DNA of 64,000 nt from an uncultured Verrucomicrobiota bacterium (GCA_937872895.1 CALMUP010000008.1:68976-132975), one strand, 5' to 3'; shown: positions 48,420 to 59,271, counted from the stretch's first letter. A program made the numbers and translations. The notes: generated by a model from the letters alone, not told the origin.

Positions 48420-50141
48420 TCAGCTCCGGGGCTGATCGCTCTCATTCTCGTCTGGTTGGGAGGCTTCGGCGGGTTGACGACGAAGATTATCCACGAAGCC
48501 GGATTGGCGGAGGATGTGTTGCTGCAGGTCAGCGAAGGCGACACGGCTGAATTCGCGGCGCAACATCGAGGTGATTTGCTGCTGCATCGCGCTGTATCCG
48601 CCCGGGTCGGCGGAAGGGGTGCGGGCGGCGACATAGCCGAGCAGGATGCCGTCGTCGGTCTGGATCAGTTCGGTCAATTCGTTCTGGTTCAGGACGAGAA
48701 TCGGGCGGACCAGGTTTGAGGCCAGCTCCTCATCAATCTTCATGTCGCTGATCGTGAAGGGCTCGAGCTTCTCGCTGGATAGGCCGTAATCAGCCAGTAC
48801 CTGGTTGAACGTCAGGCCAACCGCCAGGCCGGCCACAACGCTCTCGCGGATTTCCTGGGCCTTTTCGGTAAGCGCATTGTAGACGGCAAACTCACGGGCC
48901 ATCAACGTCACGTCGTTCTTTACTTCCTCGAATTCGGGGACGCGTTCCGGAATTCGTTCCTGCAACGCCAGGACATAGACATAATTCGATCCCTTGATCG
49001 GATCACTGTAAAAGTAGTCGTTGTCGTCCGACAGGCTGAAGGCGGCGCGCACGAGGTCGGCGCCGGCTTCGAGACCTTCCGGGCGTTGAGCGACGGTGAA
49101 CGGTTTGGGCAGGACCAATTCCACGCCGAACTCGGAAGCAATCTGGTCAAAAACGGAGCGTCCCTGGGCGTGACGCTCGGAAACCTGTTGGACAAACCGG
49201 TTGGCTTCCTGCTCGGCCTTGACCCGGGCTTCGATGGCCGTAAGGGTGGCGCGGATTTCGCCGGAAACCTCGTCCAGCGGTCTGTACACCGCACCGGCCA
49301 GCGAAAACGAATTGGTCGCAGGTTCGTCCGGGGTGGTGGTGAATTTGTCGAGGTTGAAGTCGTAGTACTCCTTGATCTCGGCTTCGGTGATCTCGATGGT
49401 GGCGGCGTAGTCCGCGATCGGGAACACCGCAGCCTTGACGCTGACCTTTTCCGCGAGGGTAAAGACCGAGGGATCCTTGGAGAAGTAGGCAAGAACGTCT
49501 TCCTCGGACACGGTAACCTCATCGGAGACGATCGCCGGGGAAAGGTTCACGTATTCGACCGTGAAGGTGTCGGTGAGGGTGCTGTAGGTGCGTTGGATTT
49601 CCTGAGGGGTCACCAGCAGCATCCGGTCGGTGATCACCCGGAACTTCTGCAGGACGATCTCCTGGCGGATATGTTCATCGAACATCTTCTTGCTGGCGCG
49701 TCGAGGTGCGAGGAACTGCTGGTAGAATCCTTCGTAGGCTTGCGGGTTGAACTTTCCGTTGGTCTGCAGGAATTCAAGCGATTGGATCGCCCGCACAACC
49801 TCGTCGTCGGTGGCGGTGATGCCAAGCTTTTCCGCCTCGCGCAAGGTCGCCAGCCGCTGCCAGGCCATCTTGTAGAGTTCCTCGTCCACTTCAGGCGTGA
49901 TGTTGATGTCGCGGCCCGACATCAGGACAATCGACAGGTAGGTGTGAAACCGCATGCGCTGGAAGTCCTCGAAACTGACCGACGCGCCGTCGAGTTGCCC
50001 CGCGGCATTCTTCGCCCGGTCTTCCGCCGTCGGCATCGTGGTACCCCAGATCACGAACGAGAAGATGATCACGACCAGGAAAAACAGCCAGAGGAGCTTG
50101 CTCTGAATCAAACGATGAAATTTCGTAATCAGCATGGCCAT
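48420..50141 (-). CDS. Membrane-anchored periplasmic chaperone / peptidyl-prolyl isomerase (PpiD/SurA-like)
   Basis: 573 aa with an N-terminal TM anchor and a SurA_N-like region (…FEDFQRMRF…YKMAWQRLATLREAEKLGI…). Confidence 0.65.
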   Translation of the reverse strand: MAMLITKFHRLIQSKLLWLFFLVVIIFSFVIWGTTMPTAEDRAKNAAGQLDGASVSFEDFQRMRFHTYLSIVLMSGRDINITPEVDEELYKMAWQRLATLREAEKLGITATDDEVVRAIQSLEFLQTNGKFNPQAYEGFYQQFLAPRRASKKMFDEHIRQEIVLQKFRVITDRMLLVTPQEIQRTYSTLTDTFTVEYVNLSPAIVSDEVTVSEEDVLAYFSKDPSVFTLAEKVSVKAAVFPIADYAATIEITEAEIKEYYDFNLDKFTTTPDEPATNSFSLAGAVYRPLDEVSGEIRATLTAIEARVKAEQEANRFVQQVSERHAQGRSVFDQIASEFGVELVLPKPFTVAQRPEGLEAGADLVRAAFSLSDDNDYFYSDPIKGSNYVYVLALQERIPERVPEFEEVKNDVTLMAREFAVYNALTEKAQEIRESVVAGLAVGLTFNQVLADYGLSSEKLEPFTISDMKIDEELASNLVRPILVLNQNELTELIQTDDGILLGYVAARTPSADPGGYSAMQQQITSMLRREFSRVAFADLQQHILRQSGFVDNLRRQPAEASQPDENESDQPRS

Positions 50142-50261
50142 GAGAGGGCCCTTTCTATGAACAGGTTACCAATCGATCAACAATAGCCGGGCAGACTACC
50201 CGGTCACGGCAAACCCGTCAATGCGAAGTCCTGAGGGAGGAGAGCCGAAAAAAGGGGAAAA

Positions 50262-50337
<76 letters not shown>

Positions 50338-50568
50338 ACAGGTGATCGAGGGTGCGTTTATAGCCAGCGATGGCGTTTCGTGCAACAAAAAGTTGAACTC
50401 CTGCGATCCGGACCGGAAATAGGTTGCGCAGTATTCCATCCCGGGGATGACCGGTCGTTGCCGCCAGCCGGCCTGTGGGGCGGCCAATCCGTATTGAGCC
50501 TCCCGGGTCCTGGAATGCCTGAAGCCGCTTCCGCTTTCCTTTCCACGGGCATTCGTTAAGGTGGGGTC

Positions 50569-52020
50569 ATGCGCGAGGTCGTTGTTCACGGTTGGCCCTA
50601 CTTCGTGGCGGGCCTCGGTTTGTTGATGTCGCTGCTGACCTCGGGTCATGCGATCATCTACAAGCGCGACTCCCGTGCCGCCGTGGGGTGGGTCGGTCTC
50701 GTCTGGCTGGCCCCGTTTGTCGGGCCGCTTTTGTATGTCCTGCTCGGCATCAACCGGATCCACAGGAAAGCCGCGGGGATACGCGGTGACGAATGCGAGC
50801 ACATGGCTTCCGTGGCGTCGTTCACCTGTTCGCCGGTTGACCTGGCCAACCACCTGCCGGATGGTCATGGCCACCTCGCCAGCCTGGCCCAGGTCGGAGA
50901 GCAACTGACCCGGCTCCCCTTGCTCACGGGCAACCGTGTCGATGTCCTGTGCGATGGCGATCAAGCCTACCCGGCCATGATCGAGGCCATCGAGGCGGCG
51001 GAACGGTCGGTCTCGTTGACCTCGTACATCTTCGACAATGATCGCGCTGGCCGTCGGTTCGTCGAGGCGCTGGCCGCCGCAGTCAGGCGCGGGGTCCAGG
51101 TGCGTGTGCTGATCGATGCGATCGGCGCCCGCTATTCAATCCCTCCCGTCACACAGAATCTCCGGGCGCAGGGCGTCCGGGTGGCCCGATTCATGCCTAG
51201 CAATGTGCCGTGGACTACACCGTATGTGAACCTCCGCAGCCATCGCAAGATCCTGGTCGCGGATGGCCGGGTCGGCTTTACCGGCGGGATGAATATTCGT
51301 GAAGGCAGCATGTTGTCGCTGAATTCAGAACATCCCGCTCGCGATGTGCATTTCCGCGTGACGGGACCGGTGGTGCAGGAGTTGCAGGCCACCTTTGTCG
51401 AGGATTGGTATTTCACCACCGGCGAACGGCTGTCCGGTGACGGTTGGTTTGCCCCGGCCGAGGACGTCGGATCGGTCATCGCACGTGGTGTGCCCGACGG
51501 ACCCGACAAGCACTACGACACGATGCGCATGGCCTTTCATGCCGCGTTGTCCGTGGCGCAACGATCGGTACGGATCATCACGCCCTACTTCCTGCCGGAC
51601 GCCGCCCTGATCAGCACGTTGAACACCTGTGCGATGCGCGGGGTACCGGTGGATATCATCCTGCCGGAAACCAACAACCTGAAAATGGTGGCCTGGGCAT
51701 CCATGGCCCAGATGTGGCAGGTTCTTGAGTGGGGTTGTAGGGTTTGGTTGACCCCGCCGCCCTTTGATCATACCAAGCTTTTTGTCGTCGACGGTGCCTG
51801 GTCCATGATTGGCTCGTCCAACTGGGATCCTCGCAGCCTGCGGCTTAATTTCGAATTCGGGGTCGAGTGTTACGGCGTGGAACTGGCGAAACGGCTTGAT
51901 GCACTGGCCGAACTGCGCATGCGGGAAGCGCGCCGCCTCACGTTGGAGGAGGTGAACGGTCGTTCCCTCCCGGTTCAATTGCGGGATGGCGGAGCCCGCC
52001 TGTTTGCCCCGTACCTGTGA
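50569..52020 (+). CDS. cls: Cardiolipin synthase (PLD superfamily)
   Basis: Two N-terminal TM helices and two HKD motifs (…LRSHRKILVADG…; …DHTKLFVVDGAWSMIGSSNWD…). Confidence 0.9.
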   Translation: MREVVVHGWPYFVAGLGLLMSLLTSGHAIIYKRDSRAAVGWVGLVWLAPFVGPLLYVLLGINRIHRKAAGIRGDECEHMASVASFTCSPVDLANHLPDGHGHLASLAQVGEQLTRLPLLTGNRVDVLCDGDQAYPAMIEAIEAAERSVSLTSYIFDNDRAGRRFVEALAAAVRRGVQVRVLIDAIGARYSIPPVTQNLRAQGVRVARFMPSNVPWTTPYVNLRSHRKILVADGRVGFTGGMNIREGSMLSLNSEHPARDVHFRVTGPVVQELQATFVEDWYFTTGERLSGDGWFAPAEDVGSVIARGVPDGPDKHYDTMRMAFHAALSVAQRSVRIITPYFLPDAALISTLNTCAMRGVPVDIILPETNNLKMVAWASMAQMWQVLEWGCRVWLTPPPFDHTKLFVVDGAWSMIGSSNWDPRSLRLNFEFGVECYGVELAKRLDALAELRMREARRLTLEEVNGRSLPVQLRDGGARLFAPYL

Positions 52021-52103
52021 ACGGTCCATGTCCTTGAATGCCACCTTGACAGCGCTAGCCACCTTCCGGATGGTAGCCGCACACGCAACACGCTGAGCTT
52101 CCC

Positions 52104-53999
52104 ATGGACACCACACCCACCTTCAACGCGACCCATCCGCGAACGCCAAACGCAAAATCGCCCTTTTGCCCTCCCAAGACCTCCCGGCTGGCCACCCTGC
52201 TGCATGGCGGCCCGGTGGATCTCGAGGAAGTGCAACGCATCCGTGATGTCGTGATGTTTGATCCCCCGGAGCGAACCAAGCGTCTGGTTCGGTTCTTCTG
52301 CCTGCTGCTGATGGCCGCGGGAATCGCGACCTTTGGCCTGTTGCTGGATTCGGCGGCCACCGTGATCGGCGCGATGATCGTGGCGCCGCTCATGCTTCCC
52401 ATCACCGGACTCGCGTTCGGGATCAGCATGGGCGATGCCCGGTCGGTGCTCAGTTCCGCCCTTGTCTCGCTGGCCGGCATGGTGGTTGTGGTGTGCCTCG
52501 GTTGCCTGCTGACCCTGCCGGTGACCGGGCTTTACGCACCACTGGAAATCGGACAGATCATGGCCCGCACTGCACCACGCCTGCTGGACCTGATTGCCGC
52601 GCTCGTCATCGGCATCGCCGGTGCATTCGCCATGGCCCGCCGTGATGTGTCCGACACCCTGCCCGGGGTCGCGATTGCCGTATCGCTGGTTCCGCCGCTG
52701 GCCAACGTGGGCATTCTCCTGGCCTTTGGCGAAACCCGGCTCGCGCTCGGCAGTCTGCTCCTGTTCCTCGCCAACTACGTCGCGATCCTCACCTCGGGCA
52801 TTTTTGTCTTCCGGATCATGGGCTTCGGCACCGTGCTTGCCGAGGAGGCCACAGGGCAAACCCATCGCAAAGGCGTCCTGGTTTCGGCGCTGGGAATCCT
52901 GCTGGTTGCCGTCCCTCTGGCGTTGACCAGCTATGACATCGCCCGCAAGGCTTCGCTGAAGCGTTCGGTCATGGCGGAGGTCGAATCGTGGCTCACGGGA
53001 GGGGACTACCGCCTGGCCGGGGTCGAGACCGAAACCGTTGACGACCACGTGAGGGTCCTGGTCAAGGGCTCGGGTTACCTGCCTCCGATCGAGGATCTCC
53101 AGGACCGGTTGTCCGGGCCGTTGGCCGGTCGTTCGGTCACGGTTGAAGCCATCGAGGTGAATTCGATCCATTTCCCGGCGGCACCCGTGACCGGGGACAA
53201 GAAATCTGCGCACGAACAAGGCATCTGGGAGCGCACGTACCAGACCCTGCAAACCGACGATTGGTTGGATCTCGCCTACGTTCGCCCTGAGGCGGAAGAA
53301 TACCTGGCGATCCTGAAGTCGGTTGAGGAAACGGAGCCCGGCGCCGACTGGCTCGAACAGCGTCTGGATTACTACCGGATGGTGGAGCAGGCGGTCCTGG
53401 AACTTGCGCCACCCGGGCTCTACGACCCGGCTGCTCCCAAGCCGCTGACGCAAGCCGCCATGGCATTCGATTCCGTACTCGGGCTGGCGATTGCCGCGCG
53501 GATCGCCGATCCTGAAGCGTGGAAGTCCCGCGTGGCCGGGCGTCCGGTACCCGCCCGCGCCGAAGCCCTGGCCCCGTTGCTTCGCCGTATCTTCATCGAG
53601 GAAGGGGTGGCTCCCGAACTGATCTGGGTGGCCGAGGTTGAGTCGACCTTCAACCCCGCAGCGCGGAGTCCGGTGGGTGCCCTGGGATTGTTCCAATTGA
53701 TGCCGGTTACCGCGAAATCGCTGGGATTGCGGGTATCTCCGACGGATGAACGGCTCGATCCCGAGCGGAACACGCGCGCGGCTGCACGGTATTTGCGGCA
53801 GTTGCATGGCCGGTTCGGTTCGTGGGAACTGGCGTTGGCCGCCTACAACGGCGGACAGGGACGGGTGGCCCGTCTTCTGCGCCAACACCCGGGCGGTGGA
53901 TTTGCCGAAATTTCACCGTACCTGCCTGCGGAAACCCGCATGTACGTGCCCAAGGTCATGGCCATCATTTCTCTTCGAGAAGGGCGATTGCCGGGATAA
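52104..53999 (+). CDS. Fusion: DUF389 (TIGR00341) polytopic membrane domain + C-terminal soluble lytic transglycosylase (SLT) domain
   Basis: The N-terminal roughly 330 aa have multiple TM helices typical of DUF389. The C-terminus has …ELIWVAEVESTFNPAARSPVGALGLFQLMPVTA…AYNGG… (SLT catalytic Glu-Ser motif). Confidence 0.65.
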   Translation: MDTTPTFNATHPRTPNAKSPFCPPKTSRLATLLHGGPVDLEEVQRIRDVVMFDPPERTKRLVRFFCLLLMAAGIATFGLLLDSAATVIGAMIVAPLMLPITGLAFGISMGDARSVLSSALVSLAGMVVVVCLGCLLTLPVTGLYAPLEIGQIMARTAPRLLDLIAALVIGIAGAFAMARRDVSDTLPGVAIAVSLVPPLANVGILLAFGETRLALGSLLLFLANYVAILTSGIFVFRIMGFGTVLAEEATGQTHRKGVLVSALGILLVAVPLALTSYDIARKASLKRSVMAEVESWLTGGDYRLAGVETETVDDHVRVLVKGSGYLPPIEDLQDRLSGPLAGRSVTVEAIEVNSIHFPAAPVTGDKKSAHEQGIWERTYQTLQTDDWLDLAYVRPEAEEYLAILKSVEETEPGADWLEQRLDYYRMVEQAVLELAPPGLYDPAAPKPLTQAAMAFDSVLGLAIAARIADPEAWKSRVAGRPVPARAEALAPLLRRIFIEEGVAPELIWVAEVESTFNPAARSPVGALGLFQLMPVTAKSLGLRVSPTDERLDPERNTRAAARYLRQLHGRFGSWELALAAYNGGQGRVARLLRQHPGGGFAEISPYLPAETRMYVPKVMAIISLREGRLPG

Positions 54000-54071
54000 A
54001 CCTGGGTGCGTGTTGCTCTGACTGGCCAGTACTGGTCATGACCCCGTCCTGCCGTTTCGCTCAGTTGGAGG

Positions 54072-55142
54072 TCAACGCATCGCACCAAATAGAACGTGAA
54101 ACTGGATGTTGATGAACGGTGTAGCCTCCCAGTCCTGCTCCCTCGGGAACTGCACCCCCGGTTCGATTTCGAGGTAAACCCAGTTCTTGTAGATCAGCCG
54201 GTAGAGGTTGTAGCGGACGATGTAGGCGGTCACGATGGCCGAAGGTTCCAACGTCCCGGTTGCCCCTGCATGAACGGAATGGACACGCCGACGGTTTGGG
54301 GCGTGGAACACCGAAAAGGTCTGGGACGCCTCCACACCCTCGCTTGTTTCCGACCACAGGAAGAAGGTGCTGGACCGCTGCTTCCATACCGGGGTGGGAT
54401 GGCGCTCGAAGTCGATACGCGCATTCTGGCCGAAGCCGTCCCTTTCGTCCCAGAACAGGGTGGGGGTTATGCGTCGTACGTAGATTCCATCGCGCTCCTC
54501 AAGCCGAAGCCGGGCCGAGATCACCGGTACGGGTTCCGGCCGGAAGTTGATGCCGGTGGACAAGGACAAGCGCAAGCGTCGGGTTTCACGCACCGTGGCA
54601 CGCAGGCTGATGCTCCGATCCGTCTCCTCCTCGAGGATCGAGTCGTTGAAACGTCCGGTACGGAAGGCGTCATCCACGGTTTCATCGCGCGCAAAGTTGG
54701 CAATCACCAGGTCAACCTGGTTCTCGAAGCGGGGCAGGTGAAGCTTGAGAGCATACCGGAAAGAGGGATCCGTTCCTTCACCATCCTTGATGGTCAATCC
54801 CGGTGACAGGCGAAGTACGGTATCCTGTTCCGTGTAATCCAATCCCCGGTCGTCGAAGAAGTGATCAAAGGTGGCGTTCCGTCGCGCATGGGAAGGCGCG
54901 GACAGGTTAAAGAAGAACCGGTCCAGCCGGTTCGCAGTGCGTACGATCCAGTCCGACCAGCGTTCCTGCTGGCGGCCGGTCTCCTCGATCATGTACTGGA
55001 CCCGGCCCCGGGTTGTTGCGGGTTCGGGAGCCGTTTCCGGCAGGGTTGGTTCAGGCAACTCCGCGGCTACCGTGGATCCGATGATCAGGCATAACAGCAT
55101 CGCCGGACATGCCTTCTTGGGGTTCAATGCGGATTCTCCCAC
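54072..55142 (-). CDS. Hypothetical secreted/outer-membrane protein
   Basis: 356 aa with a signal peptide. β-rich, with no recognisable family. Confidence 0.4.
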   Translation of the reverse strand: MGESALNPKKACPAMLLCLIIGSTVAAELPEPTLPETAPEPATTRGRVQYMIEETGRQQERWSDWIVRTANRLDRFFFNLSAPSHARRNATFDHFFDDRGLDYTEQDTVLRLSPGLTIKDGEGTDPSFRYALKLHLPRFENQVDLVIANFARDETVDDAFRTGRFNDSILEEETDRSISLRATVRETRRLRLSLSTGINFRPEPVPVISARLRLEERDGIYVRRITPTLFWDERDGFGQNARIDFERHPTPVWKQRSSTFFLWSETSEGVEASQTFSVFHAPNRRRVHSVHAGATGTLEPSAIVTAYIVRYNLYRLIYKNWVYLEIEPGVQFPREQDWEATPFINIQFHVLFGAMR

Positions 55143-55732
55143 AGGCGGTTGAACCTCAATCGGGACTTCAGGTTTTTCTGCTGGCGCTCCAGCCCCTCGC
55201 GAATCGCCGTGAGTTCCGCTTCAGAGTAGGTCCTTGTCGGATTAATCGCGCAGATCATGATCCATGTCCCGTCCAGCCGGGGTTTTTCATACACGGCGAT
55301 ACGGAGACGCCTTCGCATTTCCAGATCCCGGAGAAAGGGTTCGATACGGGAATGGTCCTCGAAGAAAATGCCATTGACCATCAGGCAGATCGTGTTTCCG
55401 GTCCCGTACACGACCAGGAAAGGGTCGGTGCCTCCGAAGCGGGACATCGCTTCCAGTTCGGATGTGTTGGTGATGAACCCCGGATTCTCCTGCATGCCCA
55501 TCGCCCGGAGAAAGTTCGGGATTTCGATCAGCGAATAACCTTCCGGACAGATTTCCGAGGTGTCCAGGAAGGTTTGCAGCACATCGGGATGCACGGGTTC
55601 GAATTCAAGGATCCGGGACGAACGGCAGGACGTTCCCAGTCCGAGGTTGATGAACAGGAGAAACAGTGCCAGGTTGCCCAGGGGCCGATAGTGACTGGCC
55701 GGGCGGAGCGGGATGGGATAAACAGCCTTCAT
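55124..55732 (-). CDS. Hypothetical exported protein (possible lipoprotein)
   Basis: 202 aa. Internal start MKAVYPIPL… with a hydrophobic leader ending LGLGTSC. The 378-aa track ORF overlaps the next gene and was trimmed. Confidence 0.35.
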   Translation of the reverse strand: MKAVYPIPLRPASHYRPLGNLALFLLFINLGLGTSCRSSRILEFEPVHPDVLQTFLDTSEICPEGYSLIEIPNFLRAMGMQENPGFITNTSELEAMSRFGGTDPFLVVYGTGNTICLMVNGIFFEDHSRIEPFLRDLEMRRRLRIAVYEKPRLDGTWIMICAINPTRTYSEAELTAIREGLERQQKNLKSRLRFNRLWENPH

Positions 55733-55743
55733 GCCTGGTCCGG

Positions 55744-57108
55744 TCAAAACTGGAACGGCTGTGAGATCATCATCTGGATCCCGACGCCCTCTTCGGAAAC
55801 GGCGGTATCGATGCGGGCGACGATGCCCTTGGCCCAGCACCGGATGCCCAGGCCGGTGCTCCACTTCATGTCCGAATGAAGCTCGTCTGCGTTCCACGCG
55901 GGAGCCACCCGGCCGACCTCGACAAACGGGACGATCTGAATCCATTGAACCCCGACGTGCTTCTGCACGGCGGGCCAGTGGTTGAACGGATTCCAATTCG
56001 GGATCATCCGGAGTTCCGCCGAGTAATAGATGGCGGCTTTGTCGTTGAACCGCTGGGAGGGATAGCCGCGCATCCGCCACAAACCGCCGAGGGTCGATCC
56101 GGTATAAGAGGGCGGATTGTTGTCGATCGAGCCGTCGGCCGACTCCTCCCAGCTCGGTGAATAGGAGGTCCAGATATCGAACGCCAGCACGCTCTGGCGG
56201 AAGGCTTCGCCGAGGTCCACGGGAACATACAGGTCCAGTTCGCCGTCGAGGTTCCGCCACGGATTGGAACTGTTGAACCAGCCGTAGTCGCGGGAGTAGC
56301 GGCCGCGCAAGCCGAAGCCCCGCGTGGGATTGGCATAGAAGTCCCGGTTGTCCCAGAACAGGGAAAGATCAAGCCCGTTGGTGTCCAGCTCCTTGTCGAA
56401 ATCGGATCCCTCGATCTGGAGCGAACGATAGAAGGGGCGCAGTTCGATGTAGCTTCGTCCGCTCTCCAGCGGGTTCAGGGATTCACCGCCGGCCGCCCCC
56501 GATTCCAGCAAGCCGTCCCGTAGATGAAACGAACCGATTGTCTGATCACGACCATGGCCGATGGGGAGCAGGTACTTCAGGCGCAGGCGGAAGAAGTTGT
56601 CCCAGCCATCGCCCTCAAGGAAGTCGTCCGGGTCCGAGTTGTTGCTGCCGGCGCGCTCGTCGGGAAACGCGGGGTTCCCGTCGATGAACGCCTCGGCCCC
56701 CTTGTAGTAGCCCAGTGAAAGAATCGGATCGAGGAACAGGCGATCCGCAAAGGGTGCTTGCAGGTCCCGGCCGGCGAGGAACCCCATGGCCGAACCCTCG
56801 GAGCCGGCAATCGCCGTCGCCAGCAACGTGGCTTGTTTCTGGGGTATTCCGACCAACCCATGGACGTAACCGGCAGCGAAACCGAAGGTCTCGTTGTAGA
56901 AGGCATACGGGAGGCGAAGGGTACTCTCGACCACCTGGCCGTCTGGATCGACACGGACGCCCTGGCCTAACACGGTCGATGCCGTCAATAGCATCAGCGC
57001 GAACCGGCGGAGCAGCACGCCACGTTGACAGGTGTGATGAAGGATGGTCATTGAGCGCTGTGATCGATTCCGTTCCGTGCCGGCTGTGGTTTGTCGTGGC
57101 GCATGCAT
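55744..57108 (-). CDS. Outer-membrane β-barrel protein, Omp85/surface-antigen (D15)-like barrel without obvious POTRA repeats
   Basis: C-terminus …GLGIRCWAKGIVARIDTAVSEEGVGIQMMISQPFQF, with a terminal Phe and BamA-like final strands. Signal-like region after the internal Met. Confidence 0.5.
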   Translation of the reverse strand: MHAPRQTTAGTERNRSQRSMTILHHTCQRGVLLRRFALMLLTASTVLGQGVRVDPDGQVVESTLRLPYAFYNETFGFAAGYVHGLVGIPQKQATLLATAIAGSEGSAMGFLAGRDLQAPFADRLFLDPILSLGYYKGAEAFIDGNPAFPDERAGSNNSDPDDFLEGDGWDNFFRLRLKYLLPIGHGRDQTIGSFHLRDGLLESGAAGGESLNPLESGRSYIELRPFYRSLQIEGSDFDKELDTNGLDLSLFWDNRDFYANPTRGFGLRGRYSRDYGWFNSSNPWRNLDGELDLYVPVDLGEAFRQSVLAFDIWTSYSPSWEESADGSIDNNPPSYTGSTLGGLWRMRGYPSQRFNDKAAIYYSAELRMIPNWNPFNHWPAVQKHVGVQWIQIVPFVEVGRVAPAWNADELHSDMKWSTGLGIRCWAKGIVARIDTAVSEEGVGIQMMISQPFQF

Positions 57109-57130
57109 GCGATGGCCAACCCGGCGAACA

Positions 57131-57973
57131 CTAGAAGAAGTAGTTCACGCCGGCGATGAACGTCGTCAGGTAATCGTCGCGAATGATCGGGCTGTCGCGC
57201 ACCTCCGGGCCCAGGACCTCGACCCGGACCGCACTGGCCAGCGACCAGTTGGGGGTAAGATCGTACCGCAGCGCCAGGCGCGCGAACCACTCGAGGTCGG
57301 CACCCGGATCATACGCCGGTCTGGTCTCGGTTGCCTCGGAGTCCCGGACGCCGTAGTAGTACGCATTGTAATCCGCGCTTCGCCACACCACTCCGGCGGC
57401 GGGAATCAGCATCAGGTTGTCCATCCGGAAAACCCTGCTCAGGGAAAGATTGACCTCCTGCCCATTGTGCCGGTCAAGGATGTCGGTCATGGCGGACAGG
57501 TCGGCACGATAACGACCGGGCAGGCGCAGGTGGCCGTCGAGTCCCGCCATTGCGGTGTTCTTCCGATCCTGCATGCCTGCCAGGAACCCTTCGCTTTCGA
57601 AGGCTTCGCCCTTGAACCGGAAGTCCGTGATGGCATTGATCCCGCCCATCGGTTGCCGGTAGAGGTGAACCCCGGCTCGCGGACTGACCACGAAAAAGCG
57701 TTCGCCCACGTAGGAAAGCATGGGTAGGGCCATCACGACGCTATCGCCACCTCGGTAAGGGTTGGATTGAACCAACGCCTGGGCACCGAGTCCTATCTGC
57801 TGGGTGCGCTGGATGGGCGGAGGAAGCTCGGCCTCCCCTGCGTACCCGTCGGGGAAATGGGCATCGCCATCGTCCGGTGACGAAGCGATCTGGTTTTCAG
57901 CCGCGAGAGCAGGAGCGGCGAGGAAGCCAAGCCATCCTAACAATAAAAGCAGGCGGGCATGTACGATGTTCAT
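57131..57973 (-). CDS. MipA/OmpV-family outer-membrane protein
   Basis: 280 aa with a signal peptide, a C-terminal …FIAGVNYFF and MipA-like spacing. Confidence 0.65.
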   Translation of the reverse strand: MNIVHARLLLLLGWLGFLAAPALAAENQIASSPDDGDAHFPDGYAGEAELPPPIQRTQQIGLGAQALVQSNPYRGGDSVVMALPMLSYVGERFFVVSPRAGVHLYRQPMGGINAITDFRFKGEAFESEGFLAGMQDRKNTAMAGLDGHLRLPGRYRADLSAMTDILDRHNGQEVNLSLSRVFRMDNLMLIPAAGVVWRSADYNAYYYGVRDSEATETRPAYDPGADLEWFARLALRYDLTPNWSLASAVRVEVLGPEVRDSPIIRDDYLTTFIAGVNYFF

Positions 57974-58182
57974 GTGTTCCTTTTCGCTTCGGTCTGCGGC
58001 CTGTGCCTATGTGTTGCTCCCGCGCAAAATGACCCTCCAACCCTTGCGCGTCAAGTGTCCAGATTGGAAAGGTGTGCCGTACGAGCATGAGTCCCCATGG
58101 ATGAGGAAGTCGTGGCTATCGCGCAACCATCGGACATCAGCAACCAATCATCGGGAAACAAGTTGCCGCCTCATGGATTTTC

Positions 58183-59271
58183 TTGATCCGATCGACAGAA
58201 GGTGCGACTTCATGCGTCATGAACATCCCGTCTTTTCCATCACGCAAGGTCCGGATTCTCTTGCTATCCCTCCTGATGCCTGTACTTCTGGGTGGGATGT
58301 GGACGTGGTGGGCGGAAAGCCACCGCGACCAGGAGCGCGAACTGCGGAACCTGGTCCAGGACCATCTGGAAGAATGGTTTCCCGGCCCGATGCAGGCCTC
58401 GTCCGGACAATACGGGTTGCTCCGGCATGGGTCGGCTGTGCGGACTGAAAACCCGCGGAGCGTCGTGCTTGTCCATGGACTGGATGAACCGGGCGGTATC
58501 TGGCATGACCTTGTTCCCGTGCTCGAGGCCATGGAGTTGGAGGTGTGGGAATTTCGTTATCCGAACGATCAGGCGATCGACCGGAGTGTCCAGTTGCTGG
58601 CCGTTGCGTGGGCAACCTTGGAGGGAAGGCGGGATGTGGTGATGATCGGGCATAGCATGGGCGGCTTGGTCATCCGCGATTTTGTCTCCCGGCTTCGTCA
58701 TCCGGTCGGCGCATCCCCCTTGATCGATGGGCCTGCGATCTCCGGGGTCATTCTTGTGGGCACGCCCAGCCAGGGTTCGGAATGGGCGCGATTGCGCGTA
58801 TGGCTGGAACTTAGGGAGTACTTTACGACGGTCACCGACCGGCGCTTCTCCCTGTTCGCGGCATTGCGCGATGGCACAGGCGCCGCGAAGGTGGACCTGC
58901 ATCCGGGAAGCACCTTCCTGGCCGGACTGAATGGTCGTGACTGGCCGCAACAGGTGCCGGTAACCATCATCGGCGGCAGCATGCCAACGACACCTGCGCC
59001 GCTGGAGGAATCCTTCCGTGCGATCAGCGAGGACTTCGTCTCCCCCGAACTCGAGCAGGCACTCAAGGCTCAAGTGGCCGAACTCGGGGACGTGGTCGGC
59101 GATGGTGCGGTTGCCGTTGCGTCGCTTTCATTCCCCGGCGGCCCGCCGCCCATCCTGGTGCCCGCGTCCCACCGAGGGCTTCTGGCGCGCCGGGTTCCGT
59201 CCGACCCGCAACCTCCAGCGATCGCCCACATTGTCGCAAGCATCCGCGCCTGGGAGGCAGGCCGGGAATGA
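58183..59271 (+). CDS. Alpha/beta-hydrolase (lipase/esterase-like; GHSMGG nucleophile elbow); start uncertain (58183 or 58219)
   Basis: …VLVHGLDEPGGIWHDL…VVMIGHSMGGLVIRDFV…. Hydrophobic N-terminal anchor. Confidence 0.6.
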   Translation: MIRSTEGATSCVMNIPSFPSRKVRILLLSLLMPVLLGGMWTWWAESHRDQERELRNLVQDHLEEWFPGPMQASSGQYGLLRHGSAVRTENPRSVVLVHGLDEPGGIWHDLVPVLEAMELEVWEFRYPNDQAIDRSVQLLAVAWATLEGRRDVVMIGHSMGGLVIRDFVSRLRHPVGASPLIDGPAISGVILVGTPSQGSEWARLRVWLELREYFTTVTDRRFSLFAALRDGTGAAKVDLHPGSTFLAGLNGRDWPQQVPVTIIGGSMPTTPAPLEESFRAISEDFVSPELEQALKAQVAELGDVVGDGAVAVASLSFPGGPPPILVPASHRGLLARRVPSDPQPPAIAHIVASIRAWEAGRE

